From Candidatus Polarisedimenticolia bacterium (GTDB taxonomy: Bacteria > Acidobacteriota > Polarisedimenticolia > Gp22-AA2), in assembly GCA_036005805.1 (NCBI GenBank), contig DASYQE010000381.1:674-64673 (forward strand): a stretch of 64,000 nucleotides of DNA, in the 5' to 3' direction. The notes beneath the pieces were generated by a model. That model did not search any database and was not told the origin of the DNA. It was given only the letters and a program-made list of their open reading frames with translations. The position numbers and the translations under genes were made by a program. Below are positions 7,976 through 17,704 of this stretch, piece by piece (positions within the stretch are counted from its first letter, which is position 1; every line of letters starts with the position of its first letter).

Positions 7976-10531
7976 CTACTGGCAGCCCCCGGAGCTGGGG
8001 AAACCCGGCTTTCCGGAGGTTGAAAGCGAGTAGTTCCCGGCGACCCCGCCCGCGACCGACCGGATCAGGTAGAACCAGGCCTGCCCCACGGGAGGGGTGA
8101 CCGGGTCGGGGAAGTTGGCGGTGTCGGTGTCGGGGATGTCGTTGGCGATGCAGGTCACCGGACCCAGGTTCACCGTCGTCGGGGTCTGGGTGACGCTCCC
8201 CACGTTCCCGCGGATGACGTCATAGACGGCGCCCGGGACGATCCCCCAGCGCAGGTAGGTCGACTGGTGCCCGATGACGATGGCGCTCGCCAGCGGGTCG
8301 CCGAGAATCGACTGGTTGAGCAGGATGGTCACCGACTCGGTGTAATTGTCGGCCACGGCCAGGTCGGGCTTGCCGTCGGCGTTGAAGTCGCCGGCGGCCA
8401 CCGCCAGGGGCAGGTCGCGGGTCCCGAAGTCCCCCGCCTTGGTGAAGTTGCCGAACCCGTCCCCCAGCAGGAAGGAGACGTCGTTGCCGTTGGCGTTGAC
8501 CACGGCCGCGTCGAGCTTGCCGTCATTATTGAGGTCCGCCAGCGACACCGCATTCGGCGATTCCCCCGCCACGCTGTCGATCGACGGGAACGAGAAGACC
8601 CCGCCGCCGTCTCCCAGAAGAGCGCTGATGGTGCCCGAGGCGGAGTTGGCGACCACGAGATCCTGGTAGCCGTCGTTGTTCAGGTCGCCGCGCGCCATCT
8701 CGCGCGGACCGTTGCCGGTCGGGAAGGACGAGGGGATGTCGCCGAACCCGCCGAACCCGTCGGAGAAGCCGATGTCCACCCAGTTGTTGGTCTGCGAGGA
8801 GAAGGCGATGTCGGCCAGGCTGTCGAAGTTGTACTGGCCGACCGCCACCCCCTGCGGGTCGGCGTCCACGAGCGTGCAGAGGGTCGGCCCGAAGGCGCTG
8901 GCCCCCACGCCGCCCGTGCCGCGCTTGGTGCACACGTGGTAGGAGATCTCGCAGACGAAGGCCACGTCGGTCTTGCCATCGCCGTTGATGTCGCCCGCCG
9001 AGATCGCCACCGGGCTGCTGCAGGGTGAGGTCGAGATGCCGTTGCTGGCGTTGAGGGTCCCCGACCCGTTGTTCTGCAGAACCGACATCGTGTTGGTGCC
9101 GGTCACGACGACGAGATCGGGCCAGGTGTCGTTGTTGTCGTCGAGGGCGACCAGCGCCTCGGGGGCGCTCACGTTCCCGGTGCTGATGTTCACCGGCGCG
9201 AGGAAGGTGCCCCCGCCGTTGCCCCGGGCGGTGATCACCCGGTCGTTCGCCTCGTCCGTCGTGGCGATGTCGGGCTTGCCGTCCTTGTTGAAGTCGGCGA
9301 CCACGACCGACGTCGGGAACGAGCCGGAGCCGAGCGCGACCTTGTCGGCAATGATGAAGGCGCCGTTGGCGGTGGTCTCGAGGATCGACAGCGAGTTGCC
9401 GGTCAGGTTGCCGGTGACCACATCGAGGTTGCCGTCCTTGTTGAGGTCGGCGCTGGTCACGACCGTCGGCACCGGGCCGGTGGAGACCACGGTGGGCGCC
9501 GACCAGCTCGTGCCGCTGCCGTTGCCGGTCAAAACCGCCAGCTCGCCCGTGCCGGACACGTAGGACTGCGCGACCAGGAGGTCGGAGAAGCCGTCCTTGT
9601 TGATGTCGTCCACCCGGATCGCCCGCGGTCCGAACCCGCTCGAGAGGCTTAACGGAGTGTTGAAGCCGCCGCTGCCGTTGGCGATGTAGACCTTCACCGA
9701 GTCGGCGCCCCGCGCCGCCACGATGAGGTCGGGCTTGGTGTCGCCGTTCAGGTCGGCGGCGGTGGCGGACGCGGGCAGGCTGCCCGCGGCGAGAGTCAAG
9801 GTCAGGTTCAAGGCGAACCCTCCCGTTCCGTTCCCGCGCCAGATCTGCACGTTGTTCGAATCGGTGTTGACCACGGCCAGGTCGAGGATGTTGTCGGCGT
9901 TGAAGTCGGCCGTCAGGATGGCGTTCGGCGTCTGCCCGACGGTGAGGGTCGTCAGGTTGCCGAAGGTCCCCGTGCCGGTGCCGCGCAGGATCGAGACGGT
10001 GTCGTTGTTCGTGTTGGCGGTGGCGACGTCGAGGTGCGTGTCGTTGTTCCAGTCTCCGACCGCCAGGCCGAAAGGACCGGCGCCGACGGGTGAGCCGATC
10101 TTCGCGCCGAAGACGCCGTGGCCGTTGCCGAGATTGACCGTGACGTTCTGGGTCAGGAAGTTCGCGGCCACCACGTCGGGGAAGCCGTCGTGGTTGACGT
10201 CCACGAAGACAAGGGCCGTCGGCTTGGATCCTGCCACGAGGGTGCTGGTGCGCCGGAAGGTCCCGTCCCCGAATCCCTTCAACAGGCTGACGTAGTCCGA
10301 AAGCTCGTCCGCGCTCATCAAGTCCGTGACCCCGTCGCCGTCGAAATCGACCGCCAGGATCGACACGGGATGGTCTCCGACGTAGTAGTCGCGCCGGGAC
10401 TTCATGTCGTACTGGGCGAAGGCGAGCGGAGAAACGAGGACGGACAGGAGCACCGCGGCGATCGCGGTGACGCTCCCCTGCAAACGGCGGCGCGGAAACT
10501 GGCGGCGCGTTCCGGACTTCTCAGAGCACAT
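7976..10531 (-). CDS. secreted FG-GAP/VCBS-repeat (integrin-alpha-like beta-propeller) protein
   Basis: About 14 repeats of the D-x-N-x-D-G-x-x-D type (DFDGDGVTD, DVNHDGFPD, DLNGDTKPD, DINKDGFSD...). Start re-set to the ATG at 10529-10531 (MCSEKSG...) ahead of signal peptide VTAIAAVLLSVLVSPLAFA. Confidence 0.75.
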   Translation of the reverse strand: MCSEKSGTRRQFPRRRLQGSVTAIAAVLLSVLVSPLAFAQYDMKSRRDYYVGDHPVSILAVDFDGDGVTDLMSADELSDYVSLLKGFGDGTFRRTSTLVAGSKPTALVFVDVNHDGFPDVVAANFLTQNVTVNLGNGHGVFGAKIGSPVGAGPFGLAVGDWNNDTHLDVATANTNNDTVSILRGTGTGTFGNLTTLTVGQTPNAILTADFNADNILDLAVVNTDSNNVQIWRGNGTGGFALNLTLTLAAGSLPASATAADLNGDTKPDLIVAARGADSVKVYIANGSGGFNTPLSLSSGFGPRAIRVDDINKDGFSDLLVAQSYVSGTGELAVLTGNGSGTSWSAPTVVSTGPVPTVVTSADLNKDGNLDVVTGNLTGNSLSILETTANGAFIIADKVALGSGSFPTSVVVADFNKDGKPDIATTDEANDRVITARGNGGGTFLAPVNISTGNVSAPEALVALDDNNDTWPDLVVVTGTNTMSVLQNNGSGTLNASNGISTSPCSSPVAISAGDINGDGKTDVAFVCEISYHVCTKRGTGGVGASAFGPTLCTLVDADPQGVAVGQYNFDSLADIAFSSQTNNWVDIGFSDGFGGFGDIPSSFPTGNGPREMARGDLNNDGYQDLVVANSASGTISALLGDGGGVFSFPSIDSVAGESPNAVSLADLNNDGKLDAAVVNANGNDVSFLLGDGFGNFTKAGDFGTRDLPLAVAAGDFNADGKPDLAVADNYTESVTILLNQSILGDPLASAIVIGHQSTYLRWGIVPGAVYDVIRGNVGSVTQTPTTVNLGPVTCIANDIPDTDTANFPDPVTPPVGQAWFYLIRSVAGGVAGNYSLSTSGKPGFPSSGGCQ

Positions 10532-10699
10532 GCGGCGACGAGACGAGCGAACGAAAGTGCCGAGCCAGACGGAACGGAACTTCGACGACCACTGCAACAG
10601 CCACATCGACGGCCACTGCGTTTCAGAACCGAACCCCGGTTCCACCCGGCCGCGAGGCCGAATGGAACCGGGGTCGGAATCCGAAATCAACGACTCAGA

Positions 10700-12472
10700 C
10701 TAGCGGCTCACCGGGTACGACTCGACCGTCGACTGACGGACGAGCTCGATGAAGAAGCTCTGGCCGCTCTTGTGCTTCGGAACGATGAAGGAGTAGGACC
10801 CCGACCGACCGTCGCCGCAGGCCGTGCAGGCGATGACGGCGGCGTTCAGCTGGATCCGCTGGCCCTTCACGTAGCGCACGACGTTGAAGCCCACCACGTC
10901 CACCTCGGTCGTCGTCTGCCAGGTCACGAGACCCGAGCCCTTGCCGGCCGCGTTGTGGAAGTCGATGTGCGCATTCACGACCTGCTGCACGCAGGCGCCC
11001 GGGTCCTGGTCCGGGTTCGGGATGTTCGGGCAGACGTCGCAGACGTCCCCGAAGCCATCACCGTCCGCATCACCCTGGCCGGCGTTCGGAATGTTCGCGC
11101 AGTTGTCGCAGGCATTGCCGAGGAGGTCCCCGTCGCTGTCGGCCTGGTTGGTGTTCGCCGCGGCCGGGCAGTTGTCGCAGAGGTTGCCGACGCCGTCGCC
11201 GTCGCCATCCGCCTGGTTCGAGTTGGCGAGGGCGGGGCAGTTGTCGCAGGCGTCACCGAAGCCGTCGAGGTCGCTGTCCATGCCGCTGTCCGCAACATTC
11301 GGGCAGGGGTCGCAGGCATCGCCGAAGGCGTCGCCGTCGGAGTTGGCCTGGTTGGCGTTCGCGAGAATCGGGCAGTTGTCGCAGGCGTCGCCGCGACCGT
11401 CGCTGTCCGTGTCTTCCTGGCCGCCGTTGGCCGTGTTCGGGCAGTTGTCGCAGGCATCGCCGCGCGTGTCGCCGTCGGCGTTGGCCTGGTTGGCGTTCGA
11501 CACCGTCGGGCAGTTGTCCACCGGGTCCGCAATGCCGTCACCGTCCGTGTCCACCGTGCTGACGCTGGCGTGGGAGGAGACGTGACCGCTGGCCGCGCCA
11601 CCGACCTGAAGCCCGAGGGCCAGGTAGGTGCAGTTGGTGCCGGTCGTGTCGAACGGCACCGTCGCGCTGCCGGACAGGCCGCTGAAGCTGCCGATCGGCG
11701 AGCCCCACGAACCGGTGGCGCTGGTGGTCGGCTGGCTGGCGCACGGGCCGACGATGGAGTAGAGGTTGTAGCCCTGGATCAGGCCGGTGCGCGAACCGCC
11801 GCCACTGGGGAACGCCGGGCAGGTGCCGGCGGCGTTGAGGGCGCAGTCGTCGTACGCGACCGCCGCGTCCCAGGAGAGGGCCACGTTGGCCGTGCCGTTG
11901 CCGTTGTTGGTGATCGTGTTGACGTGCGGCGACGGGATGTTGCCCGCCCCGAGCGCGGAGCCGATGCCGTTGACGACATCGAGACCCGGCTGGGACAGGT
12001 CATACATGAACTGCTGCAGCTGGCTCGACCAACCCACCGCCTCGACGACGTAGCGGCCGGCGTGGGCCGACGTGCCCTCGCCCGAGCTCGACGTCACGAT
12101 GGTGACGAGGACGCTGGAGCCGTCCGGATCCGTGTTGGCCACCGGGCAGCCGGTCACGCCGACGTTGCCGAAGTTGCCGTTGATGGTCACCAGGCCGTCG
12201 TTGCCGCCGCCGGCCTCGGGCTGACAGAACTCGATGCCCGCGGTCGTCTGCGCGGTGCAGACGAACGCGCTCGACCCGTTGTTGATGGATGAGTCCCCGA
12301 GCTTGGACGCCCGGCCGGTCGCCGACGCCTCGGGCAGCCCGGTCAGGTAACCACCCAGCTGATGCCCAAAGGGGGTCGAATCCGGACACGACTGCGCCAT
12401 GACTGCCGGCGCCGCCGCGAAGGCGACCATCACCGCCGCCACGGCCACCATGGTTTTAAGGAACGTCTTCAT
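10700..12472 (-). CDS. secreted protein: Cys-rich N-domain + ~8 thrombospondin type-3 (Ca-binding) repeats + small C-terminal domain
   Basis: Signal peptide MKTFLKTMVAVAAVMVAFAAAPAVMAQ (start at 12470-12472). TSP3 repeats of the form D-x-D-x-D-G-x-x-D-x-x-D-N-C-P-x-x-x-N-x-x-Q. Confidence 0.75.
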   Translation of the reverse strand: MKTFLKTMVAVAAVMVAFAAAPAVMAQSCPDSTPFGHQLGGYLTGLPEASATGRASKLGDSSINNGSSAFVCTAQTTAGIEFCQPEAGGGNDGLVTINGNFGNVGVTGCPVANTDPDGSSVLVTIVTSSSGEGTSAHAGRYVVEAVGWSSQLQQFMYDLSQPGLDVVNGIGSALGAGNIPSPHVNTITNNGNGTANVALSWDAAVAYDDCALNAAGTCPAFPSGGGSRTGLIQGYNLYSIVGPCASQPTTSATGSWGSPIGSFSGLSGSATVPFDTTGTNCTYLALGLQVGGAASGHVSSHASVSTVDTDGDGIADPVDNCPTVSNANQANADGDTRGDACDNCPNTANGGQEDTDSDGRGDACDNCPILANANQANSDGDAFGDACDPCPNVADSGMDSDLDGFGDACDNCPALANSNQADGDGDGVGNLCDNCPAAANTNQADSDGDLLGNACDNCANIPNAGQGDADGDGFGDVCDVCPNIPNPDQDPGACVQQVVNAHIDFHNAAGKGSGLVTWQTTTEVDVVGFNVVRYVKGQRIQLNAAVIACTACGDGRSGSYSFIVPKHKSGQSFFIELVRQSTVESYPVSR

Positions 12473-12625
12473 CAGATTCCCCCCTCCTGAAGAGTGGTTG
12501 GTTCCCTCTGGATCTCTTGACTGCTGGACTCTCGGCCTGCTGACCCTGTGTTCGGCGATGTCGTGACCCTTGCGTTTCCGCCTATGGGGCCAGGACATAG
12601 ATCACAGCCCTGCGCGAATGACCTC

Positions 12626-12653
12626 TAGATACCCCGATTTAGGACATTGTCAA
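12626..12653 (-). promoter_or_regulatory. candidate promoter (TTGACA-N16-TATCTA) in the AT-richer gap upstream of the TSP3-repeat gene
   Basis: Minus strand reads TTGACA atgtcctaaatcgggg TATCTA. The local GC drop suggests a promoter; the -10 element is weak. Confidence 0.25.
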
Positions 12654-12708
12654 GAAAAAACACTCGGCTGAACTCTGGCGGATTCTATCGCGGTGATGAC
12701 GATTTCGT

Positions 12709-13347
12709 TCAACGTTTCCGGCTCAAAATCCGTTCCCGCAGCTTCTGGCGGGCCGACATGCAGTGCCGGCGCACGGTGATGGTGGAAAGCCGCAGGATGG
12801 CGCCGATCTCGTCCGTGGGCACTTCCTGCAGGTCCCTCAGGACAAAGACGATGCGTTCCTGGCGGGTCAGCCCGGCGAGGCACTCCTGCACCCGAGAGGC
12901 GAGCTGCCGCTCCTCGACCCGGGCCTGCACCGAGCCGCCGGCCGACCGGTCCAGCAACTGCGTCTGGATGGCCGGGTCGTCGATGGAAACCCCGGCGTGG
13001 CGCCGGTTTCGGCCCATCTGGTGGTACACGGAATGGATGGCGATGCGATAAAGCCATTTGAAGAAAATGCGTCCGGATTCGAACCGGGCGATGTGCTTGA
13101 ACACCCGGACGAAGGCGTCCTGGCAGGCGTCCATGGCGTCGTCCCGCGACAGCCCCATGTGGATGCCGAGGGCGATGATGCGGCTCTCGTAGGTGTGCAT
13201 CAGGTCCGCGAAGGCGTCCGGGTCCCCCGCCTTGGCGCGGTCGACCAGCCGGGTGATGGCCGGATCCTCGCTGCCCCCCTGGGGACCGGCCTCGTCAGCC
13301 ACCGGCGCGGCCAGGGCATCCAGTGCGAGGGTCTCGGGGGTGTCCAT
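12709..13347 (-). CDS. RNA polymerase sigma factor, ECF (sigma-70 group 4) family
   Basis: Region 2 (DPDAFADLMHTYESRI...DAFVRVF) and region 4 (LTRQERIVFVLRDLQEVPTDEIGAILRLSTITVRRH) signatures. Only 12 bp downstream of the peptidase gene. Confidence 0.8.
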   Translation of the reverse strand: MDTPETLALDALAAPVADEAGPQGGSEDPAITRLVDRAKAGDPDAFADLMHTYESRIIALGIHMGLSRDDAMDACQDAFVRVFKHIARFESGRIFFKWLYRIAIHSVYHQMGRNRRHAGVSIDDPAIQTQLLDRSAGGSVQARVEERQLASRVQECLAGLTRQERIVFVLRDLQEVPTDEIGAILRLSTITVRRHCMSARQKLRERILSRKR

Positions 13348-13358
13348 GTCGTCGCGCC

Positions 13359-16300
13359 TCAGAAGGGGCTGAGGTTGCCGCGGTTGTCCACCGCCAGCAC
13401 GCTGATGAACTTCGTTCCGGCGGGCAAAGACACCAGGTCCACCGAGGTGGCGGTGACGTTGTCCATGAAGAGGGTGGACGGTCCGAGCCCGGCGCGCGAC
13501 ACCGGCGCCGAGGTGACGTGCACCTGGTAATGATCGATGAGCGTGGGCAGTCCCTGCACGTCGGTCGTCACCGGCAGCCAGGAGAGGTGCACGGCCGAAG
13601 CCGGCATGGTCACGTCGAGGCTGCCGACGCCGTTCGGCAGGTCACGGCCGGCGCCCGAGACCAGGCCGTTGGAGTCCACGGCGGTCACCACGTAATAGGC
13701 GTTTCCCGCCAGGGTGTAGCCGCCGGTGTGCGTCCAGGTCGCCGGCGTGCCGCTGTTGATCACCGCGAAGGGGGCGGCGGGGTTGATGGTGAAGTTCGGG
13801 GTGGTGCCGCGGTAGACCCGGTACCCCACCACGTAGGTCGGACGGCCGTAGATGTCCACCGCGGGCCGGGTCCAGGTGAGGACGAGATCCGAGCCGGATC
13901 GATTGACCGTCAAATCGTCGATGGCCCGCGGCGGCGCGATCCCCTCGAACAGGTGCGGGACCTCGGACACCTCGGCGGTGCGGGCGCTCTCGATGTCGGA
14001 CGTGTTGGTGGCCGTGAGGCTCACGTAATAGCGCGTCCCGGTCTGCAGGCCGAAGAGCGAAAGCCCGGTGGCCGTCGCGGCCGCCGTGACGGTCGCGGTC
14101 GGCGCCCCGGCCGTGATGCCGTAGCGTACCGTATACCTCTTGATGTCGGTCTCGGGATTCTTGTTCCAGGAGACATCCAGCCGTCCCCCGGTGCCCGCGT
14201 CGCGCACCACCAGCCCGGTCGGAACACTCGGCGGGTTCGGGTTGATCGGCCGCGCCGTGACGCAGTCGGGTCCAGCGTCGCAGTCGCTGTTGAAGTTGGA
14301 GTTCGCGCCCTCGAACCCGTCGGCGTCCACCGACACCGCGAAGTAGTAATAGCGGCTGGCGTTGATGACCGTGGAGTCGATGCAGGAGTTCGCCCCGGCC
14401 GGCGTGCAGGCGATCGCCGTGGAGGCGGCGCCCGGCGTGCCGGTGGCGCGGTACAGGCGGGTGGAGGCGGCCGGCGTCCCCGGGGGCGTCCACGACAGGG
14501 TCACCTGGCCGTTCCCCGCCTGCGCCTGCAGCGCGGTCGGCGGCGCGGGAGCCGGCGTGGCGATGCGGCTCGCGGGGTCGCCGAGGAACGTGTACCCCTG
14601 CAAGTCCACGATCGAGCCCTGCTGCCAGAGGGCGGTCCGCATCGGCAGCGCCGCCTCGCCGAGCACCGTCTCGCGATCGGGTCCGAACAGCGACAGGAAC
14701 GTGTCGTCCGAGACCACCGAGCCGACGAAGGCGTTCGACAGGCCGCTGGGCGCGAGCGCGGCGATGGCGCCGCCGGCCGGGTTGTTCACCATCCCCTCCC
14801 CCAGCGAGCCGGTCCCGACCAGGTAGTGGAAGCCGCCGGAGAGGCAGTTGACGTTCACCATGAACGGCAGGCGCAGGCCGTTGGTCAGCGCCACGGCGTC
14901 GCTGGTCGTGAAGAAGGCGTCGAGCCCCCACTGCTCGAAGTTGCCGTGGCCGACGAAGGTGAGCACCGCCGCGCCCGACTGCAGCTCGGAGAGGAGCGTG
15001 GTCTTGAAGCCGGCGGCGTCGGCCGCGTTCCACGGCGGGTTGTCGAAGTAGAGCTGCGGCGACGGGTGACTGTACGGCGCCTGGCTGAAGAAGTCGGTGG
15101 TCAGGTCGTTGTTCACCGCCTCGAAGTCGTCCGACTCGCCGGTGAACTTCCCGTCGCCGGCGGTCAGGATGGCGCGCCCTTTCCACGTCCCGGACGGTGG
15201 CGTGGTCTCGAACTGGCGGATCTTGTCGAACACCGCGGCCGAGGCGGCGACGCTGCGCGTCGAGATGCGTCCCAGGTGCAGGTCGGGGATCTGGTCGGAC
15301 CCCGAGACGGAGGCCAGCCAGTTGTCGCTGCTGTAGTAGCCGATGATGCTCGCCGCCTGGAAGAGGATCGGCGTCGGCACCTGGTCGACCCAGTCGGCGC
15401 GCTGCATGACGTTCTTGAAGTCGGGGGTGGCGTCCCCGACCAGCAGCGCGAACGACGGCGGCGCCTCCAGCCCGGACGCCCCGCGCCAGTTCGCGAAGGC
15501 GTAGGCGAGGAAGCTCCGCACGGCGTTGGCGTCGCGGCGCCCGAAGGAGAACTCGTCGTACACCTGGTCGATGAAGACGACGCGGGAGTGGAGCCCCTGG
15601 GTCGCGAGCCTATGGCCCAGGAGCAGGTCGAGCGATCCTCCGGGGGCCGGATCGATCGTCTGCGTCGTGCCGATGACGATGAAGTCGGCCTGCTGTCCCG
15701 CGATCTTCAGCACCGGGTCCGCCGCCTGGGTCATCGCGTCCGGCAGGAGCGCGCCTGAGGGCCCGACGACGGCGAAGGTCCGGGTCGCGGGGGCCGAAGC
15801 GTCGAGCGCCGCCTCGAAGGTCCAGGCGGACGTCGGCGCGCCCGACGGCGTGGCGCCGGTCAGCGCGACGGCATCGGCTTCGCCGTTGCCCGCCACCGTC
15901 CTGCCGACCTCGAGGATGCGCGGCGCGGTGGCGCCGAGCCCGCCGACCTGGTAGCGGCCGTTCTGGTTCGGCACCGTGAAGAGGAGCACGTCGCCCGTCG
16001 CCGTGAAGGTGCGCCGGTACTTCACCTTGAACCAGTCGGGGTACTGGCGGTCCACGCTGATTCCCGCGTCGGTCACCGCCAGGGCGTGCACCGTGAGCGG
16101 GTTGCTCACCGACGCGCGCGGCACCGAGAAGGTGTGCTCGTTCATGGTCTCGTCGTCCCAGGTGTACTCCGAGGCGTTGACGGTGTCGGAGTTGAGCCAG
16201 ACGCGCGTCCGGTGGTCGGGGGCCGCCGCCAGGGACGAGCCGCCGCGCAGCCGCGCCGTCACCGTGACCGGCACGGCGGCCGGGGCCAGCCCGGGCAGCG

Positions 16301-17633
16301 CCAGCGACAGGTCGCGCTGCGCCTGGGCGCTTCCGGCGAGGAGCGACGGGATGGAGAAGTAGGGATCCTCCGCCCCGAGCGGAATGAAGATGTTGTTCTC
16401 CTCCCAGGTGGCGGTGTCCTCGAAATCGGCGGCCTGCGCGAAGCCGGAAACCGGGGCGCCGGAAGCGGACGGAATGCGCTTGTGGCCGCCCTGGTTGGTC
16501 CCGGTCGTCAGCCAGTACACCTGGGTGTCGGTGAAGTCGTTCGCCTCGTAGACCGACGGGTTGGCCAGACCCATGTCGAAGTTGAGCAGCGTCGGCGGCT
16601 CGGTTTTGGGCAGACCGAAGAACTCCAGGGTGTCGCCGGAGCCGAAGACCCCGTCCGCCTCTCCCGATCCGCCCGCGGCGTTCAGGATGGAGATCGGCAC
16701 CTCGACGCCGTCCACCTCGAGACCCCACGTGCGCGGGTCGGTCGCGAGCAGCGCGGCGGCGTTCGCATTGAGATAGGCGAGATCCAGGCGGTACAGCCCG
16801 CGCTTCGAAACCGCGATCTTGAAGCGCGGACCCGCCGGGGCGGCCGCCGTCGTCACGGCTTCGGTCGAGGCTGCAACCGTGCCGACCGGGGTCGAACCCA
16901 CCGCCTCGCGGTCCTCTTTCCGCGGTCCGCGCTGGCGCCGGAAGAAGCGTCCCTGCTCATAGTTGATGAAGGCGGATCGGTACCCGGCCTCGAAGTGCGG
17001 GTCGGCCGGCGGCGCGGCGCTCAGCCCCTGACCGGCCGGCAGGTCGAAGGTGACCACCGCTTCGATGTCGCCGTACAGGCGGCCCTCGCGCCGGACCGGG
17101 TCGTACAGCAGCGGCGTCCAGATCACCTCCACGAACGCCTGGTCGCGCAGCGCTCCGACCCGGCCGAGGTGCAGGGGCGCGTCCGGCTGGAAGGCGTCGG
17201 CGCCGTACACCGGCGCGGAGCGCGCGAAGTCCTGGACGACCTGGCCCCGCGCGCGACGATCGCCGCCCGGCGGCGTCTGCCCGTCGCCCGGGTCGAACCC
17301 TTCGCGGTCGGACAGGCGCGGCGTCGGCACCGGTGGCACGTCGAGATCGGTCAGGGTGCGCGAGTCGGCACGCAGGATCGCCAGGGACGGGACGGCCCCC
17401 TCGGGGATCGCCACCAGGACGATGCGCACCGGCAGGGCCGGCTCGCCCGGCCGGCTGGTGGTGCCGAAGCCGTCGAGCGCCGGCACCAAGCCGCCCTCGA
17501 CGGCGCGGAAGCGCAGCTCGGGCGTGCCGAGGCTCAACGGAACCGACTGGCTTCCGGGCGCACCGTGCCCGGGGACGACGAGGCAGAGCAGGAGTCCGAC
17601 GAAAACGAGCGGACGGAGAATCGGGGAGTTCAT
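13359..17633 (-). CDS. giant secreted peptidase C25 (gingipain-like, clan CD) with multiple C-terminal Fn3-like domains
   Basis: Signal peptide present. His-Gly / Cys dyad context FVGHGNFEQWG ... (36 aa) ... VNVNCLSGGFH matches the gingipain/caspase-fold catalytic arrangement. Fn3-like repeats follow (VTLSWTPP..., LDVSWNKN..., LVLTWTRP...). Confidence 0.65.
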   Translation of the reverse strand: MNSPILRPLVFVGLLLCLVVPGHGAPGSQSVPLSLGTPELRFRAVEGGLVPALDGFGTTSRPGEPALPVRIVLVAIPEGAVPSLAILRADSRTLTDLDVPPVPTPRLSDREGFDPGDGQTPPGGDRRARGQVVQDFARSAPVYGADAFQPDAPLHLGRVGALRDQAFVEVIWTPLLYDPVRREGRLYGDIEAVVTFDLPAGQGLSAAPPADPHFEAGYRSAFINYEQGRFFRRQRGPRKEDREAVGSTPVGTVAASTEAVTTAAAPAGPRFKIAVSKRGLYRLDLAYLNANAAALLATDPRTWGLEVDGVEVPISILNAAGGSGEADGVFGSGDTLEFFGLPKTEPPTLLNFDMGLANPSVYEANDFTDTQVYWLTTGTNQGGHKRIPSASGAPVSGFAQAADFEDTATWEENNIFIPLGAEDPYFSIPSLLAGSAQAQRDLSLALPGLAPAAVPVTVTARLRGGSSLAAAPDHRTRVWLNSDTVNASEYTWDDETMNEHTFSVPRASVSNPLTVHALAVTDAGISVDRQYPDWFKVKYRRTFTATGDVLLFTVPNQNGRYQVGGLGATAPRILEVGRTVAGNGEADAVALTGATPSGAPTSAWTFEAALDASAPATRTFAVVGPSGALLPDAMTQAADPVLKIAGQQADFIVIGTTQTIDPAPGGSLDLLLGHRLATQGLHSRVVFIDQVYDEFSFGRRDANAVRSFLAYAFANWRGASGLEAPPSFALLVGDATPDFKNVMQRADWVDQVPTPILFQAASIIGYYSSDNWLASVSGSDQIPDLHLGRISTRSVAASAAVFDKIRQFETTPPSGTWKGRAILTAGDGKFTGESDDFEAVNNDLTTDFFSQAPYSHPSPQLYFDNPPWNAADAAGFKTTLLSELQSGAAVLTFVGHGNFEQWGLDAFFTTSDAVALTNGLRLPFMVNVNCLSGGFHYLVGTGSLGEGMVNNPAGGAIAALAPSGLSNAFVGSVVSDDTFLSLFGPDRETVLGEAALPMRTALWQQGSIVDLQGYTFLGDPASRIATPAPAPPTALQAQAGNGQVTLSWTPPGTPAASTRLYRATGTPGAASTAIACTPAGANSCIDSTVINASRYYYFAVSVDADGFEGANSNFNSDCDAGPDCVTARPINPNPPSVPTGLVVRDAGTGGRLDVSWNKNPETDIKRYTVRYGITAGAPTATVTAAATATGLSLFGLQTGTRYYVSLTATNTSDIESARTAEVSEVPHLFEGIAPPRAIDDLTVNRSGSDLVLTWTRPAVDIYGRPTYVVGYRVYRGTTPNFTINPAAPFAVINSGTPATWTHTGGYTLAGNAYYVVTAVDSNGLVSGAGRDLPNGVGSLDVTMPASAVHLSWLPVTTDVQGLPTLIDHYQVHVTSAPVSRAGLGPSTLFMDNVTATSVDLVSLPAGTKFISVLAVDNRGNLSPF

Positions 17634-17704
17634 GGGGACCCGGACTTCAACCGGAGATCAGCACCTTCTTTCCCTTGCGCACGACACGAGCGGCTCTGCG
17701 CCGC

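Noticed and set aside
10884-11601. Ser/Pro/Ala-rich ORFs (10884..11585+, 10975..11601-) overlapping the TSP3-repeat region
   Set aside because: They are artefacts of the repetitive GAC/GGC-rich DNA encoding the TSP3 repeats in alternative frames.
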